NCBI GenBank assembly: GCA_964016885.1
Contig: OZ024741.1
Span: 261,826,001-261,890,000 of the forward strand
Origin: Eledone cirrhosa
Taxonomy: Eukaryota
Length of the DNA: 64,000 bases
Direction of reading: 5' to 3'
Part shown: positions 42,700-57,800 of the stretch, in pieces
How positions within the stretch are numbered: the first letter of the stretch is position 1
How the letters are laid out: each line of letters begins with the position of its first letter
The notes under the pieces: model-generated
The model's input: only the letters and a program-made list of their open reading frames with translations
Told to the model about the DNA's origin: nothing
Database searches by the model: none
Made by a program: the position numbers and the translations under genes

Positions 42700-44910
42700 A
42701 CAGTCACTACTGTTCTAATGTACTCACTATACTGTTGTACTAACTATTCTGTTGTACCCACTATTCTGTTGTACTCACTATTCTGTTGTACTCACTATAT
42801 TGTTATACCCACTATTCTGTTGTACTCACTATTCTGTTGTACTCACTATACTGTTATACCCACTATACTGTTGTACTAACTATTCTGTTGTACCCAATAT
42901 TCTGTTGTACTCACTATTCTGTTGTACTCACTATACTGTTATACCCACTATTCTGTTGTACTCACTATTCTGTTGTACCCACTATTCTAATGTACCCATT
43001 ATTCTAATGTACTCACTATACTGTTGTACTCACTATTCTGTTGTACTCACTATTCTGTTGTACTCACTATACTGTTATACCCACTATTCTGTTGTACTCC
43101 CTATACTGTTCTACTAACTATTCTGTTGTACTCACTATTCTGTTGTACTCACTATTCTGTTGTACCCACTATTCTAATGTACCCATTATTCTAATGTACT
43201 CACTATACTGTTATACCCACTATTCTGTTGTATTCACTATCGTGTTGTACTCACTATTCAAATGTACTCATTATGCTAATGTACTCACTATTATGTTGTA
43301 CTCACTATACTGTTATACCCACTATTCTGTTGTACTCACTATAATGTTGTACTCACTATTATGTTGTACTCACTATGCTAACGTACTCACTATTCTGTTG
43401 TACTCACTATCCTGTTGTACTCACTAGTCAAATGTACTCACTATGCTAATGTACTCACTGTTATGTTGTACTCACTATTCTGTTGTACCCACTATTCTGT
43501 TGTACTCACTATTCTGTTGTACTCACTATTCTAATGTACTCACTATTCTGTTGTACTCACTATTCTGTTGTACTCACTATTTTGTTGTACTCACTATACT
43601 GTTATACCCACTATTCTGTTGTACTCACTATTCTGTTGTACTCACTATCGTGTTGTACTCACTATTCAAATGTACTCACTATTCTGCTGTACTCACTAAT
43701 CTGTTGAACTCACTATACTAATGTACTCACTATACTGTTGTACCCACTATTCTGTTATACTCACTATACTGTTATACCCTCTATTCTGTTGTACTCACTA
43801 TTCTGTTGTACTCACTATACTGTTATACCCACTATTCTGTTGTACTCACTATTCTGTTGTACTCACTATACTGTTGTACTCACTATACTGTTGTACCCAC
43901 TATTCTGTTATACTCACTATACTGTTATACCCACTATTCTGTTGTACTCACTATTCTGTTGTACTCACTATACTGTTATACCCACTATTCTGTTGTACTC
44001 CCTATACTGTTCTACTAACTATTCTGTTGTACTCACTATTCTGTTGTACTCACTATTCTGTTGTACCCACTATTCTAATGTACCCATTATTCTAATGTAC
44101 TCACTATACTGTTATACCCACTATTCTGTTGTATTCACTATCGTGTTGTACTCACTATTCAAATGTACTCATTATGCTAATGTACTCACTATTATGTTGT
44201 ACTCACTATACTGTTATACCCACTATTCTGTTGTACTCACTATAATGTTGTACTCACTATTATGTTGTACTCACTATGCTAACGTACTCACTATTCTGTT
44301 GTACTCACTATCCTGTTGTACTCACTAGTCAAATGTACTCACTATGCTAATGTACTCACTGTTATGTTGTACTCACTATTCTGTTGTACCCACTATTCTG
44401 TTGTACTCACTATTCTGTTGTACTCACTATTCTAATGTACTCACTATTCTGTTGTACTCACTATTCTGTTGTACTCACTATTTTGTTGTACTCACTATAC
44501 TGTTATACCCACTATTCTGTTGTACTCACTATTCTGTTGTACTCACTATCGTGTTGTACTCACTATTCAAATGTACTCACTATTCTGCTGTACTCACTAA
44601 TCTGTTGAACTCACTATACTAATGTACTCACTATACTGTTGTACCCACTATTCTGTTATACTCACTATACTGTTATACCCTCTATTCTGTTGTACTCACT
44701 ATTCTGTTGTACTCACTATACTGTTATACCCACTATTCTGTTGTACTCACTATTCTGTTGTACTCACTATACTGTTGTACTCACTATACTGTTGTACCCA
44801 CTATTCTGTTATACTCACTATACTGTTATACCCACTATTCTGTTGTACTCACTATTCTGTTGTACTCACTATACTGTTATACCCACTATTCTGTTGTACT
44901 CACTATTCTA
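42700..44910. repeat. 17-bp minisatellite (actattctgttgtactc) with 901-bp higher-order duplication
   Basis: Identical translated blocks start at 43443 and 44344, 901 bp (53 x 17) apart. Confidence 0.95.
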
Positions 44911-45737
44911 TTGAGTCCTCCTAAACACACAATGCCATCATGTCTGTAAACCAGATAGATATTCTAAACTAGTGATCGCCCAAAATTTTAGGCCATCGAC
45001 CCCTTTATGGAATCCCTTATAAGGCATATATAAAACAAATAAGTAAATACATAAATCAATAAAAAGATTATAAAATATACACTAAATATTAGTTCTATAT
45101 AAATGAGAAATGTGTATAAGAAAGTTTTGTTTTATTGTATTGTTTTATATATTATCATTTCTTCTACATTTATCAAATATTGAACAAAAGGTTCAGTTGT
45201 ATATGTTGGTGGTCCAGTTGTCCCCTGGGGTAGATATCGACCACAGAGATGACCCCCTGTGATAAACAATGTGTGATTGAGAGAATATCAAAGAAAGAAA
45301 GCTCACCACTTTTACTGCAATTCCTGTATTATTCAAATTATTTAACAAAATTCTCTGACCTTACCCTCTCACCATTAACATATGTCTATTAATTGTTCCC
45401 AATTTTCTGTTAATATCTATAATACTATCTCAATGTTTTCAGAGATAGTTTCAGGTATAGCAATAATTATTAATTTTCTAATATACTTTAATAATGTTGT
45501 TCAATGAAATTGAACCAATATATTGATATTTTCTTAAATAGATATTATATTAATCATAAAACGATTGATATATAAAACACATTTGTAAAACCAATTCAAA
45601 ATTATCATTAAAAAAGATATTATAACCACTATTATCATTATTACTGTTATTATATGTACAACCACAAACAACAATAAATCTTGGCATTTTTTTTTAGAAA
45701 TATAAAATAATAAATAATGTCAAAGATTGTTTCTCAC

Positions 45738-45884
45738 CAGTAATACTGTAAATCTCTATAGTATTAATTCTGTATTTATTTCTAAAAGTTATGTATATGT
45801 ATTGCGCTTTTGCCGCTGTGTTGTCATTTAAAAATAATTCAGAATATTTGTTCCTCTCATGACTTATAAATTCATGGTATTTCC
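45738..45884 (-). CDS. Host gene exon A (first found in window): N-half of a degenerate discoidin/F-type-lectin-like domain
   Basis: cag acceptor and gtgag donor, 147 bp, phase 1-1. Reads KYHEFISHERNKYSELFLNDNTAAKAQYIYITFRNKYRINTIEIYSIT. The YITFRNKYRINTIEIYS segment resembles WMVTFDKPYLISQLRIYN of exon D. Not in the ORF track. Confidence 0.7.
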
Positions 45885-46899
45885 CTGTATGTACGAAAAT
45901 AATATTAGATTCTTAAATTAAGGAGGAAATAGGTAAAAAAGCAGACATTAATAAACGAAGGTAATAATTCGAGTGAGGAATATTATATTTTAGCAAATAA
46001 TAACAAATACTTTTATTTGAATAAAACAAAATATAATTATTAAAATATAGACTTATTCATCGGGTTATGGAAGCAGTTTAATGATCTTCTAAAATGTTAT
46101 ATTTGATAATGGTACACCTTGTATTAGTTCTGACACTAGACTAAGGCACTTACATGTTTCAATATACCTGGAAACATCTTGGCTGTAAGAGATGAAATAA
46201 TAATTATCAAATTTTCTATCTGAAACAAAAATACAAACAATCCCTTTACAAACGTGTGATAGTTGCTTTGTGAGATTCTCAGATGTTTCAATGAGACAAA
46301 CTGTGCCTTGCAAACGGTGGACACCTGTTAATCGTTGGGTAAAGCTGGAGATGACATAGCCTGAGTGCATGTTTGCACATCATCAGCCAAGACATGCCCA
46401 GTTCTCCACTCAGCAGGTGTTGGCAGCAAATGGAACCCCTGATTATTGGTATGCACCTCTTCCACAAAACCTAAATAGTAAACACTGCAGTGCAGTCAAA
46501 CGTGGACCAGGACAAGTCAAGATGGTCAGTTGGTAGTAGAATGGCTGCAATGTACTTGTTCAACACCTTTGCTTAAGCTTTCAGAAATAGCTTCCTCTCA
46601 ATAGTAATAACTGTCCTAGGTGTTGGGAAGGCACTTGGCAAGAAATGGAAACATCTGGAAGAAACAGAAAGAAGAAAAAAGACCCACAAAAAAAATAATT
46701 TAGGGTCGGGAATACTCGATCACAGTACTTGACTGGTGTATTCTTTTATGAAACTCTGGAGGAGAAAATTGAACTTTGATCTCAGTGGGATTTGAATTCA
46801 TGAGATAAATCGGTGGAAGAAATACCGAAAGATAAAAACAATTTCCTATTAAATGTTTAATTCTGAACAAGACCAATTATTTTCATGAACAAGATTCAC

Positions 46900-47680
46900 A
46901 TTTACAGCCGGGTTGGAAGTGGTATCATGACTGGTAGGTGTCAAATCAGTCGGCGGAAATTTGGAGATAGGGTGTTACTTAACTCGACAGATGGTGATTT
47001 CTGACTTGATAAGTTTGATATCGAGTACTGCATACCTAGAATGAAAATCAGTGTTTCAAAAACTGAGACACTCGTCGTCTCAAGGAAGCCAGTGCAGTGC
47101 ATTCTACATGTGAATGGAGTTCCACTGAAGCAGATGAACTTAAATATCTTCGTGCTGTGTTTACAAGTGAAGGAAGGCAGGGGACTGAATTATGTGCAAG
47201 AATTGCAGAAGCTGGTGCAGTAATGCACCAGCTTCAACATTCGGTAATCAGATGAAGGGAGGTAGGTGTAAAAGCCAAACTTGCTATCTTCAATTTAGTA
47301 TTCATGCCAACCCTTACCTATGGTGATGAATCTTTGGTTATGACCGAAAGAATACGATCGTGATTACAAGAGACTGAAATGGGGTTCCTCCGAAGTGTCA
47401 TAGGAGTAACATTAATCAAGAGAGTGTGTAGGTTGGAGATCAGAGAGTCACTTCAGGTAGAGCTGAATACTTCTCCAAATTGAGAGATCACAGCTCCAAT
47501 ACTATGCGTTTGTGGTTAGAATGTCTCAGGAAAGAATCGCTGGACAGATTTTACAGGAGAAATAAGCCAGCGGGATACCCAGGGGTAGTTGGTCTCACTT
47601 GGAGATCAAGCCGGATCAGTTGGCATCGTTTGCTTCTAACAGTACCAGCTGGAAGGAGTGTTTGTGTATTCTTCCCCCAC
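46900..47680 (+). mobile_element. Decayed RTE LINE 3' fragment
   Basis: MKISVSKTETLV, PTLTYG.ESL and EMGFLR fragments. Confidence 0.75.
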
Positions 47681-48229
47681 GACAATATATTCAACACACA
47701 TAAGCACTATATAAGGGGAAAAAAATGTGAGGACAATATCACTACAGCCAAACTTGCAAATGATGCCATTATAGACACAAAGAGAAAAAAGAACTACATC
47801 CAAGAAAGTATCATAGATGTTGTCATAGAATTATTCAATCAAATGTATAACTTTAACAAAGGTATTCCTTCCACCTCTAACCTAACAACATATAGAATAT
47901 TATAACATGTAATAAGAAATCACCAGAATTATAATTGAAGGACGCTTAAAAGAAATAAATGAAAAAAAAAAGATAGCATAATTCAATTGATGAATATGTA
48001 TCAACATAAAACTTTTACTGAGTTACACACTTACAAACAGTCCCAAGTAAGTTTAAATAAATATAACAAGTCCCTAAAATACATTCGACCTACCAGACTT
48101 GATTCTAATAGGGTTCAACACTGAGCTAAACCCTGCAAAGTTTGGAAAGAAAATAACATATATATATATATATATCTTATTTTTCAGCTATATATATATA
48201 TATATTATATAGCTGAAAAATAAAAAAGG

Positions 48230-50060
48230 AAAGACATATCCTTATGTACTAAAATGGGAAATGTGACAGACAAAATGAAAAAGAATCAAACATTGGAAAT
48301 AACAAGGTGGATAATATCAATAAATAAGGAAGACACATGTGAAGTAGAAGAAATGAATAAACAAATCATATGAACAAGAATACTTAAAATAAGACAAATT
48401 GAAAAACAGGAATATTACTTCCAGGAGACAATGTATGTGAATCAAATACCAAATGTTTCTACAGGTACATTAAAAACATTAACACTTGAGGATATACCAA
48501 CATCAAAGGGAATTCAAGGGAATGTGAAATAAAAACATCCAATACTATAAAAGACATATTATATTAAAATGTAAGAAAAATATTATTAGCACCGCAAGTA
48601 TAGCCCATTACAACCAACATTAAATACTTCAAGTAAATGTAAAGCCCCTGAGATAGACTGGTCCCAAATTTCCGTTTGCAACACCTGAACAATACTCAAT
48701 GATATTTGGTAGTAACAGATAAGCAGATCAGAATCAATGCCTGATACTAAAGTTTCATTCCAAATATTATGACATTAATATATTTACCAACAACATACAA
48801 ACCACCTAGTCCACAATCGACAACTAACTGGTTACTCATTTGGAGATTAAAGACTTATTATTAAAAGAGCAAATAGTATGCCAGAAAAGACATCAGAAAC
48901 AGAGTAGCTACAAGTGAACCAAATTATTACAGTAGATACGGAGGAAAAATATTAGCATAGCCAGGATTCATTAATCAAAATATTTGATAGTATACCACAT
49001 GTGAGCTCCTTTATATAATTAAAACACCCCTGATACTAACAAAATACATTAACCATACCATGCCAAGATAGAAAATGTACATATCTCTAAATGGTCATGA
49101 GAAACTAGCCCAATACACATAATAAGTAAAACTTATTATCTTATCTACACTTTCATTTAGCTCTGGTTCCATTAACAAATCATCATCATTATCATCATTG
49201 TTTAATGTCTATCTTCCACGCTAGCATGGGTTATCTATTGGACAAACCCTGCAGTGGTTATCGTCTATAAAACAGCTGCCCTATATGAATGACTTGAGGA
49301 ACAATACCCAACCTGAAAATCTATTGAGAACTTTTCCTAAATTCTGTGAAGATATAAAAGAATTATGAGATTCAATAAACGCCCCAAAGGTACTCTAAGG
49401 AAAGGTAAATTAACTAAAATTGAAAACATTAAAGTAAATACAAACACCGAAATAAGAGGATTGGACGAGAAAAAAACACAGAAATTAAGGAGAAAATTAG
49501 ATAGTTGTATTAACAAAGTGTTTGACAAACATGAAACATCAAACTTAATACTACATATATGACATGTATAAATATGTTAGATATTCCAGATATAAACTAT
49601 ATGGTGTACCATAAATACATCAATGATAAATATCAAAATATATTTTAGAAGCAAAGGACATTAAAACGTAATTCTAAAATATGCTGCAGACGAAAGTGTG
49701 TGAAGAATCACTGTTTGGCTAATACACCACACAATAGCAGCAAACAGTAGCTCTAATACTCTGAGCTAAAACAAACGATGTGAAGAAACACTGTTTGACT
49801 AATACACCACACAATAACAGCCAACAGTAGCTCTAATACTCTGAGATTTTAAAAGGTGTAGTATAATGTTGGATATTGTCCACAAAATAGCCATCTCCAG
49901 AATTCTCTATACGTGCCTACACACTCACAACAACACTATATAAATCAGAGAAATCTGGCTTTACAACAACTGTTAATGTATCACCTACTTATTCCACTGA
50001 CTTACCTATTCTAAGTAACACCAGAGAACATGTAGTCAGCAATCACAATAAACAACATCT
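48230..50060 (+). mobile_element. Possible highly decayed non-LTR retrotransposon
   Basis: A-rich coding-like strand with a KAP(E)ID-like motif, an LYMNDL (YMDD-like) motif and an internal ~60-bp duplication. Clade cannot be assigned. Confidence 0.35.
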
Positions 50061-50129
50061 TTGCAATATATATGCTATGAAGTGTATGTAATACATCCTC
50101 AATATTCACACTATAAACTCATATCCCCT

Positions 50130-50800
50130 TGTCTACAACATAATCTCACAATACATGATATGAATTCTATATTATATCTACATAACACATCAAACCTTGT
50201 CAACATCATAATCCCACAATACATGCTGTGAATTACATATTACATCTACATAACACATCAATCCTAGTCAACAACATAATCTCACAATACATGATATGAA
50301 TTACATATTATATCTACATAACACATCAAACCTTGTCAACATCATAATCCCACAATACATGCTGTGAATTACATAATATATCTACAAAACACTTCAGTCC
50401 TAGTCTACAGCATAATCCCACAATACATGATATGAATTACATATTACATCTACAAAACACATCAATCCTAGTCAACAACATAATCTCACAATACATGATA
50501 TGAATTACATATTATATCTACATAACTCATCAAACCTAGTCTACATAATAATCCAACAATACATGCTGTGAATTACATATTATATCTACATAACACATCA
50601 ATCCTAGTCAACAACATAATCTCACAATACATGATATGAATTACATATTACATCTACATAACTCATCAAACCTAGTCTACATAATAATCCAACAATACAT
50701 GCTGTGAATTACATATTATATCTACATAACACATCAATCCTAGTCAACAACATAATCTCACAATACATGATATGAATTACATATTACATCTACATAACAT
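50130..50800. repeat. 68-bp minisatellite, ~10 copies
   Basis: atacatg recurs at 50151, 50219, 50287 and onward. Confidence 0.92.
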
Positions 50801-51143
50801 TCACAACACATACAGAGGGAATAATATAGAAAGAAGTGGCATAGAAACATACTTTGAGTTATTACAATTACCAGGTTTGGCCAACAGAATGGAAAATCAA
50901 CAGCAGTGTACAGACAATGTATTAGATAATTGTGATTGGCTGTGAATGTGTGTGACACAGAGAAAGATAATGGGTGGGATAATGAGGGCTGACGAATAGG
51001 TTGAAACAGACAGAAAGGGAGGATTGATGTTTGGGAGAGAAAAAGTCAGAGAGATGGAAATAGAGTGTTTACCTCCTCCTCACCACTATGTTTCTTTTTT
51101 CTCCCCTTACCTCTCCTAGAGGATGTTGTTCTCCCTACATACA

Positions 51144-51742
51144 TCTACATAATACTAAAAGTCTGTTATTGCTTGCTTGCTTGTCTGTAATGTAATACAG
51201 CCAAAAAGGCGCATAATGGGAAAATACTTTGAAAGGAAGTTGACCCTGAAATGGGAATACAAATAGAATAAAACAGTTTCGCATAAATCAGACCACGCGT
51301 TCCCGAGATATGGGGCTTTTCCAGGTACCTTCATAAACAAAGAAAGAAAAAGACAGAGACGAAGAGATAGTGACAGAATAGATTGAAAGAGAGACATAGA
51401 GAGAGGGAGAGGAGACAGAGAAGGAGAATGGAAGAGAGCTGGTGGTGTTGTTGTATATATATATATATATGTGGGTGTGTCTATGACCAGTGCATATAGA
51501 TCACAGACACCCACAAATATATATATATATACACACATAAATATATATATATATGTACACATACACATACACATTTATATACATACACACAAGTATATAT
51601 ATATATGGGCCTTCCAGTTTCATTTCACATTATATACATGTCTGTGTATATTTTTATTATTTAAACATTATTTTTAAGTGAACGTGATTTTTATAAAAAT
51701 ATTTTGAATTGAACGTGACCCAACAGGTCACGGGTGGTCTAG
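51144..51742 (+). mobile_element. Non-autonomous Helitron
   Basis: A|TC start (tctacataatactaaaagtctg). Terminal hairpin cgtgacc-caaca-ggtcacg, then CTAG|T. Confidence 0.8.
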
Positions 51743-51825
51743 TTTGTAATAAAAATCCCGTTTTTCCTCAACTATCTAACTATCTGTTTCTTTTTTTTCT
51801 ACTCTATCAATCCAAAAGAACCAAA

Positions 51826-54800
51826 ATGACACCATCCTCTACCCCACCGAGGAAGTCAACCTTGCCTCTAACAACACCATCCTCTACCTCACCGAGGAAG
51901 TCTACCTTGCCTCTGACAACACCATCCTCTACCCCACCAAGGAAGTCTATCTTGCCTCTGGTTAAAACATCCTCTACCCCAACGAGGAAGTCTACCTTGC
52001 CTCTGATGACACCATACTCTACCCCACCGAGGAAGTCTACCTTGCCTCTGTCAACACCATCCTCTACCCCACCGAGGAAATATACCTTGCCTCTGTCAAC
52101 ACCATCCTCTACCCCACCAAGGAAGTCTACCTTGCCTCTGGTTAAAACATCCTCTACCCCAACGAGGAAGTCTACCTTGCCTCTGATGACACCATCCTCT
52201 ACCCCACTGAGGAAGTCTACTTTGCCTCTGGTGACACCATCCTCTACCCCACCGAAGAAGTCTACCTTGCCTCTGTCAACACCATCCTCTGCCCCACCGA
52301 GGAAGTCTACCTTGCATCTGTCAACACCATCCTCTACCCCACCAAGGAAGTCTACCTTGCCTCTGTCAACAACATCCTCTACCCCACCGAGGAAGTCTAC
52401 CTGGCCTCTGACAACACCATCCTCTACCCCACCGAGGAAGTCTACCTTGCCTCTGTCAACACCATCCTCTACCTCACTGAGGAAGTCTACCTAGCCTCTG
52501 ACAACACAATCCTCTACCCCACCGAGGAAGTCTACCTTGCCTCTGTCAACACCATCCTCTACCCCAGCGAGGAAGTCTACCTTGCCTCTGACAACACCAT
52601 CCTCTACCCCACTGAGGAAGTCTACCTTGCCTCTGATGACACCATCCTCTACCCCACTGAGGAAGTCTACCTTGCCTCTGACAACACCATCCTCTACCTC
52701 ACCGAGGAAGTCTACCTTGCCTCTGACAACACCATCCTCTACCCCACCAAGGAAGTCTATCTTGCCTCTGGTTAAAACATCCTCTACCCCAACGAGGAAG
52801 TCTACCTTGCCTCTGATGACACCATACTCTACCCCACCGAGGAAGTCTACCTTGCCTCTGTCAACACCATCCTCTACCCCAGCGAGGAAGTCTACCTTGC
52901 CTCTGACAACACCATCCTCTACCCCACCAAGGAAGTCTACCTTGCCTCTGGTTAAAACATCCTCTACCCCAACGAGGAAGTCTACCTTGCCTCTGATGAC
53001 ACCATCCTCTACCCCACTGAGGAAGTCTACTTTGCCTCTGGTGACACCATCCTCTACCCCACCGAAGAAGTCTACCTTGCCTCTGTCAACACCATCCTCT
53101 ACCCCACCGAGGAAGTCTACCTTGCATCTGTCAACACCATCCTCTACCCCACCAAGGAAGTCTACCTTGCCTCTGTCAACAACATCCTCTACCCCACCGA
53201 GGAAGTCTACCTGGCCTCTGACAACACCATCCTCTACCCCACCGAGGAAGTCTACCTTGCCTCTGTCAACACCATCCTCTACCTCACTGAGGAAGTCTAC
53301 CTAGCCTCTGACAACACAATCCTCTACCCCACCGAGGAAGTCTACCTTGCCTCTGTCAACACCATCCTCTACCCCAGCGAGGAAGTCTACCTTGCCTCTG
53401 ACAACACCATCCTCTACCCCACTGAGGAAGTCTACCTTGCCTCTGATGACACCATCCTCTACCCCACTGAGGAAGTCTACCTTGCCTCTTTCAACACCAT
53501 CCTCTACCCCACCGAGGAAGTCTACCTTGCCTCTGATTACACGATTCTCTACCCCACTGAGGAAGTCTACCTTGCCTCTGACAACACTATCCTCTACCTC
53601 ACCGAGGAAGTCTACCTTGCCTCTGACAACACCATCCTCTACCCCACCAAGGAAGTCTACCTTGCCTCTGGTTAAAACATCCTCTACCCCAACGAGGAAG
53701 TCTACCTTGCCTCTGATGACACCATCCTCTACCCCACCGAGGAAGTCTACCTTGCCTCTGTCAACACCATCCTCTACCCCACCGAGGAAATATACCTTGC
53801 CTCTGTCAACACCATCCTCTACCCCACCAAGGAAGTCTACCTTGCCTCTGGTTAAAACATCCTCTACCCCAACGAGGAAGTCTACCTTGCCTCTGATGAC
53901 ACCATCCTCTACCCCACTGAGGAAGTCTACTTTGCCTCTGGTGACACCATCCTCTACCCCACCGAAGAAGTCTACCTTGCCTCTGTCAACACCATCCTCT
54001 ACCCCACCGAGGAAGTCTACCTTGCCTCTGTCAACACCATCCTCTACCCCACCGAGGAAGTCTACCTTGCCTCTGTCAACACCATCCTCTACCCCACCGA
54101 GGAAGTCTACCTGGCCTCTGACAACACCATCCTCTACCCCACCGAGGAAGTCTACCTTGCCTCTGTCAACACCATCCTCTACCTCACCGAGGAAGTCTAC
54201 CTTGCCTCTGACAACACCATCCTCTACCCCACCGAGGAAGTCTACCTTGCCTTTGACAACACCATACTCTACCTCACCGAGGAAGTCTACCTTGCCTCAG
54301 TCAACACCATCCTCTACCCCACCGAGGAAGTCTACATTGCCTCTGACATCACCATCCTCTACCTCACCGAGGAAGTCTACCTTGCCTCTGACAACACCAT
54401 CCTCTACCCCACCGAGGAAGTCTACGTTGCCTCTGACAACACCATCCTCTAGCCCACCGAGGAAGTCTACCTTGCGTCTGACAACACCATCCTCTACCTT
54501 ACCGAAGAAGTTACCTTGCCTCTGTCAACACCATCTTCTACCCCATCGAGGAAGTCTACCTTGCCTCAATCAAAACCATCCTCTACCCCACCAAGGAAGT
54601 CTACCTTGCCTCTGACAACACCATTCTCGACTTCACCGAGGAAGTCTACTATGCCTCTGACAACACCATCCTCTACCCCACCGAGGAAGTCTACCTTGCC
54701 TCAGACAACACCATCCTGTACCTCACTGAGGAAGTCTACCTTGCCTCTACAACACCATCCTCTACCCCACCGAGGAAGTCTACTTTGCCTCAGACAACAC

Positions 54801-57800
54801 CATCCTGTACCTCACCGAGGAAGTCTACCTTGCCTCTGTCAACACCATCCTCTACCCCACCGAGGAAGTCTACCTTGCCTCAGACAACACCATCCACTAC
54901 CCCACCGAGAAAGTCTACCTTGCCTCTGTCAACACCATCCTCTACCCCACCAAGGAAGTCTACCTTGCCTCTGACAACACCATCCTCTACCCCACCGAGG
55001 AAGTCTACCTTGCCTCAGACAACACCATCCTCTACCCCACCGAGAAAGTCTACCTTGCCTCAGTCAACACCATCCTCTACCCCACCAAGGAAGTCTACAT
55101 TGCCTCAGACAACACCATCCTCTACCCCACCGAGGAAGTCTACCTTGCCTCTGTCAACACCATCCTCTACCTCACCGAGGAAGTCTAGCTTGCCTCTGTC
55201 AACACCATCCTCTACCCCACCGAGGAATTCTACTTTGCCTCTGATGACACCATCCTCTACCCTGCCGAGGAAGTCTACCTTGCCTCTGGTGAAAACATCC
55301 TCTACCACACCGAGGAAGTCTACCTTGCCTCTGTCAACACCATCCTCTACCCCACCGAGGAAGTCTACCTTGCCTCTGCCAACACCATCCTCTACCCCAC
55401 CGAGGAAGTCTACCGTGCCTCTGACAACACCATACTCTACCCCACCGAGGAAGTCTACCTTGCCTCTGTCAACACCATCCTCTACCTCACCGAGGAAGTC
55501 TACCTTGCCTCTGACAACACCATCCTCTACCCCACCGAGGAAGTCTACCTTGCCTCTGTCAACACCATCCTCTACCCCACCGAGGAAGTCTACCTTGCCT
55601 CTGTCAACACGATCCTCTACCCCACCGAGGAAGTCTACCTTGCCTCTGTCAACACCATCCTCTACCTCACCGAGGAAGTCTACCTTGCCTCTGTCAACAC
55701 CATCCTCTACCTCACCGAGGAAGTCTACCTAGCCTCTGACAACACCATCCTCTACCCCACCGAGGAAGTCTACCTTGCCTCTGACAACACCATACTCTAC
55801 CTCACCGAGGAAGTCTACCTTGCCTCTGACATCACCATCTTCTACCCCACCGAGGAAGTCTACCTTGCCTCTGTCAACACCATCCTCTACCTCACCGAGG
55901 AAGTCTACCTTGCCTCTGACATCACCATCCTCTACCCCACCGAGGAAGTCTACCTTGCCTCTGACAACACCATACTCTACCTCACCGAGGAAGTCTACCT
56001 TGCCTCTGACATCACCATCCTCTACCCCACCGAGGAAGTCTACCTTGCCTCTGTCAACACCATCCTCTACCTCACCGAGGAAGTCTACCTAGCCTCTGAC
56101 AACACCATCCTCTACCCCACCGAGGAAGTCTACCTTGCCTCTGACAACACCATACTCTACCCCGCCGAGGAAGTCTACCTTGCCCCTGACAACACCATCC
56201 TCTACCCCACCGAGGAATTCTACCTTGCCTCAGTCAACACCATCCTCTACCCCACCGAGGAAGTTTACATTGCCTCTGACAACACCATCCTCTACCCCAC
56301 CGAGGAATTCTACCTTGCCTCAGTCAACACCATCCTCTACCCCACCGAGGAATTCTACCTTGCCTCAGTCAACACCATCCTCTACCTCACCGAGGAAGTC
56401 TACCTTGCCTCTGTCAACACCATCCTCTACCTTACCGAAGAAGTTACCTTGCCTCTGTCAACACCATCTTCTACCCGACCGAGGAGTCTACCTTGCCTCA
56501 ATCAAAACCATCCTCTACCCCACCGAGGAAGTCTACCTTGCCTCTGACAACACCATTCTCGACCTCACCGAGGAAGTCTACCTTGCCTCTGTCAACACCA
56601 TCCTCTACCCCACTGAGCAAGTTTACCATGCCTCTGTCAACACCTACCTCTACCTAACCGAGGAAGTCTAACTTGCCTGTGATAACACCATCCTCTACCC
56701 CACCGAGGAAGCCTACCTTGCCTCTGTCAACACCATCCTCTACCTCACCGAAGAAGACTACCTTGCCTCTGTCAACACCTTCCTCTACCCCACCTAGGAA
56801 GTCTACCTTGGCTCTGTCAACACCATCCTCTACCCCACCGAGGAAGTCTACCTTGCCTCTGGTTAAACCATCCTCTACCCCAACGAGGAAGTCTACCTTG
56901 CCTCTGATGACACCATCCTCTACCCCACTGAGGAAGTCAACCTTGCCTCTGAGGAAACCATCCTCTACCCCACCGAGGAAGTCAACCTTGCCTCTGTCTA
57001 CACCATCCTCTACCCCACCGAGGAAGTCTACCTTGCCTCTGACATCACCATCCTCTACCCCACCGAGGAAGTCTACCTTGCCTCTGACAACACCATCCTC
57101 TACCCCACCGAGGAAGTCTACCTTGCATCTGTCAACACCATCCTCTACCCCACCAAGGAAGTCTACCTTGCCTCTGTCAACAACATCCTCTACCCCACCG
57201 AGGAAGTCTACCTGGCCTCTGACAACACCATCCTCTACCCCACCGAGGAAGTCTACCTTGCCTCTGTCAACACCATCCTCTACCTCACTGAGGAAGTCTA
57301 CCTAGCCTCTGACAACACAATCCTCTACCCCACCGAGGAAGTCTACCTTGCCTCTGTCAACACCATCCTCTACCCCAGCGAGGAAGTCTACCTTGCCTCT
57401 GACAACACCATCCTCTACCCCACTGAGGAAGTCTACCTTGCCTCTGATGACACCATCCTCTACCCCACTGAGGAAGTCTACCTTGCCTCTTTCAACACCA
57501 TCCTCTACCCCACCGAGGAAGTCTACCTTGCCTCTGATTACACGATCCTCTACCCCACTGAGGAAGTCTACCTTGCCTCTGACAACACCATCCTCTACCT
57601 CACCGAGGAAGTCTACCTTGCCTCTGACAACACCATCCTCTACCCCACCAAGGAAGTCTACCTTGCCTCTGGTTAAAACATCCTCTACCCCAACGAGGAA
57701 GTCTACCTTGCCTCTGATGACACCATCCTCTACCCCACCGAGGAAGTCTACCTTGCCTCTGTCAACACCATCCTCTACCCCACCGAGGAAATATACCTTG

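Noticed and set aside
42752-44949. Cys/Tyr/Leu-rich repeat proteins or a CRISPR array
   Set aside because: Translations of a 17-bp minisatellite in all three frames. No unique spacers and no cas genes, in a eukaryotic context.
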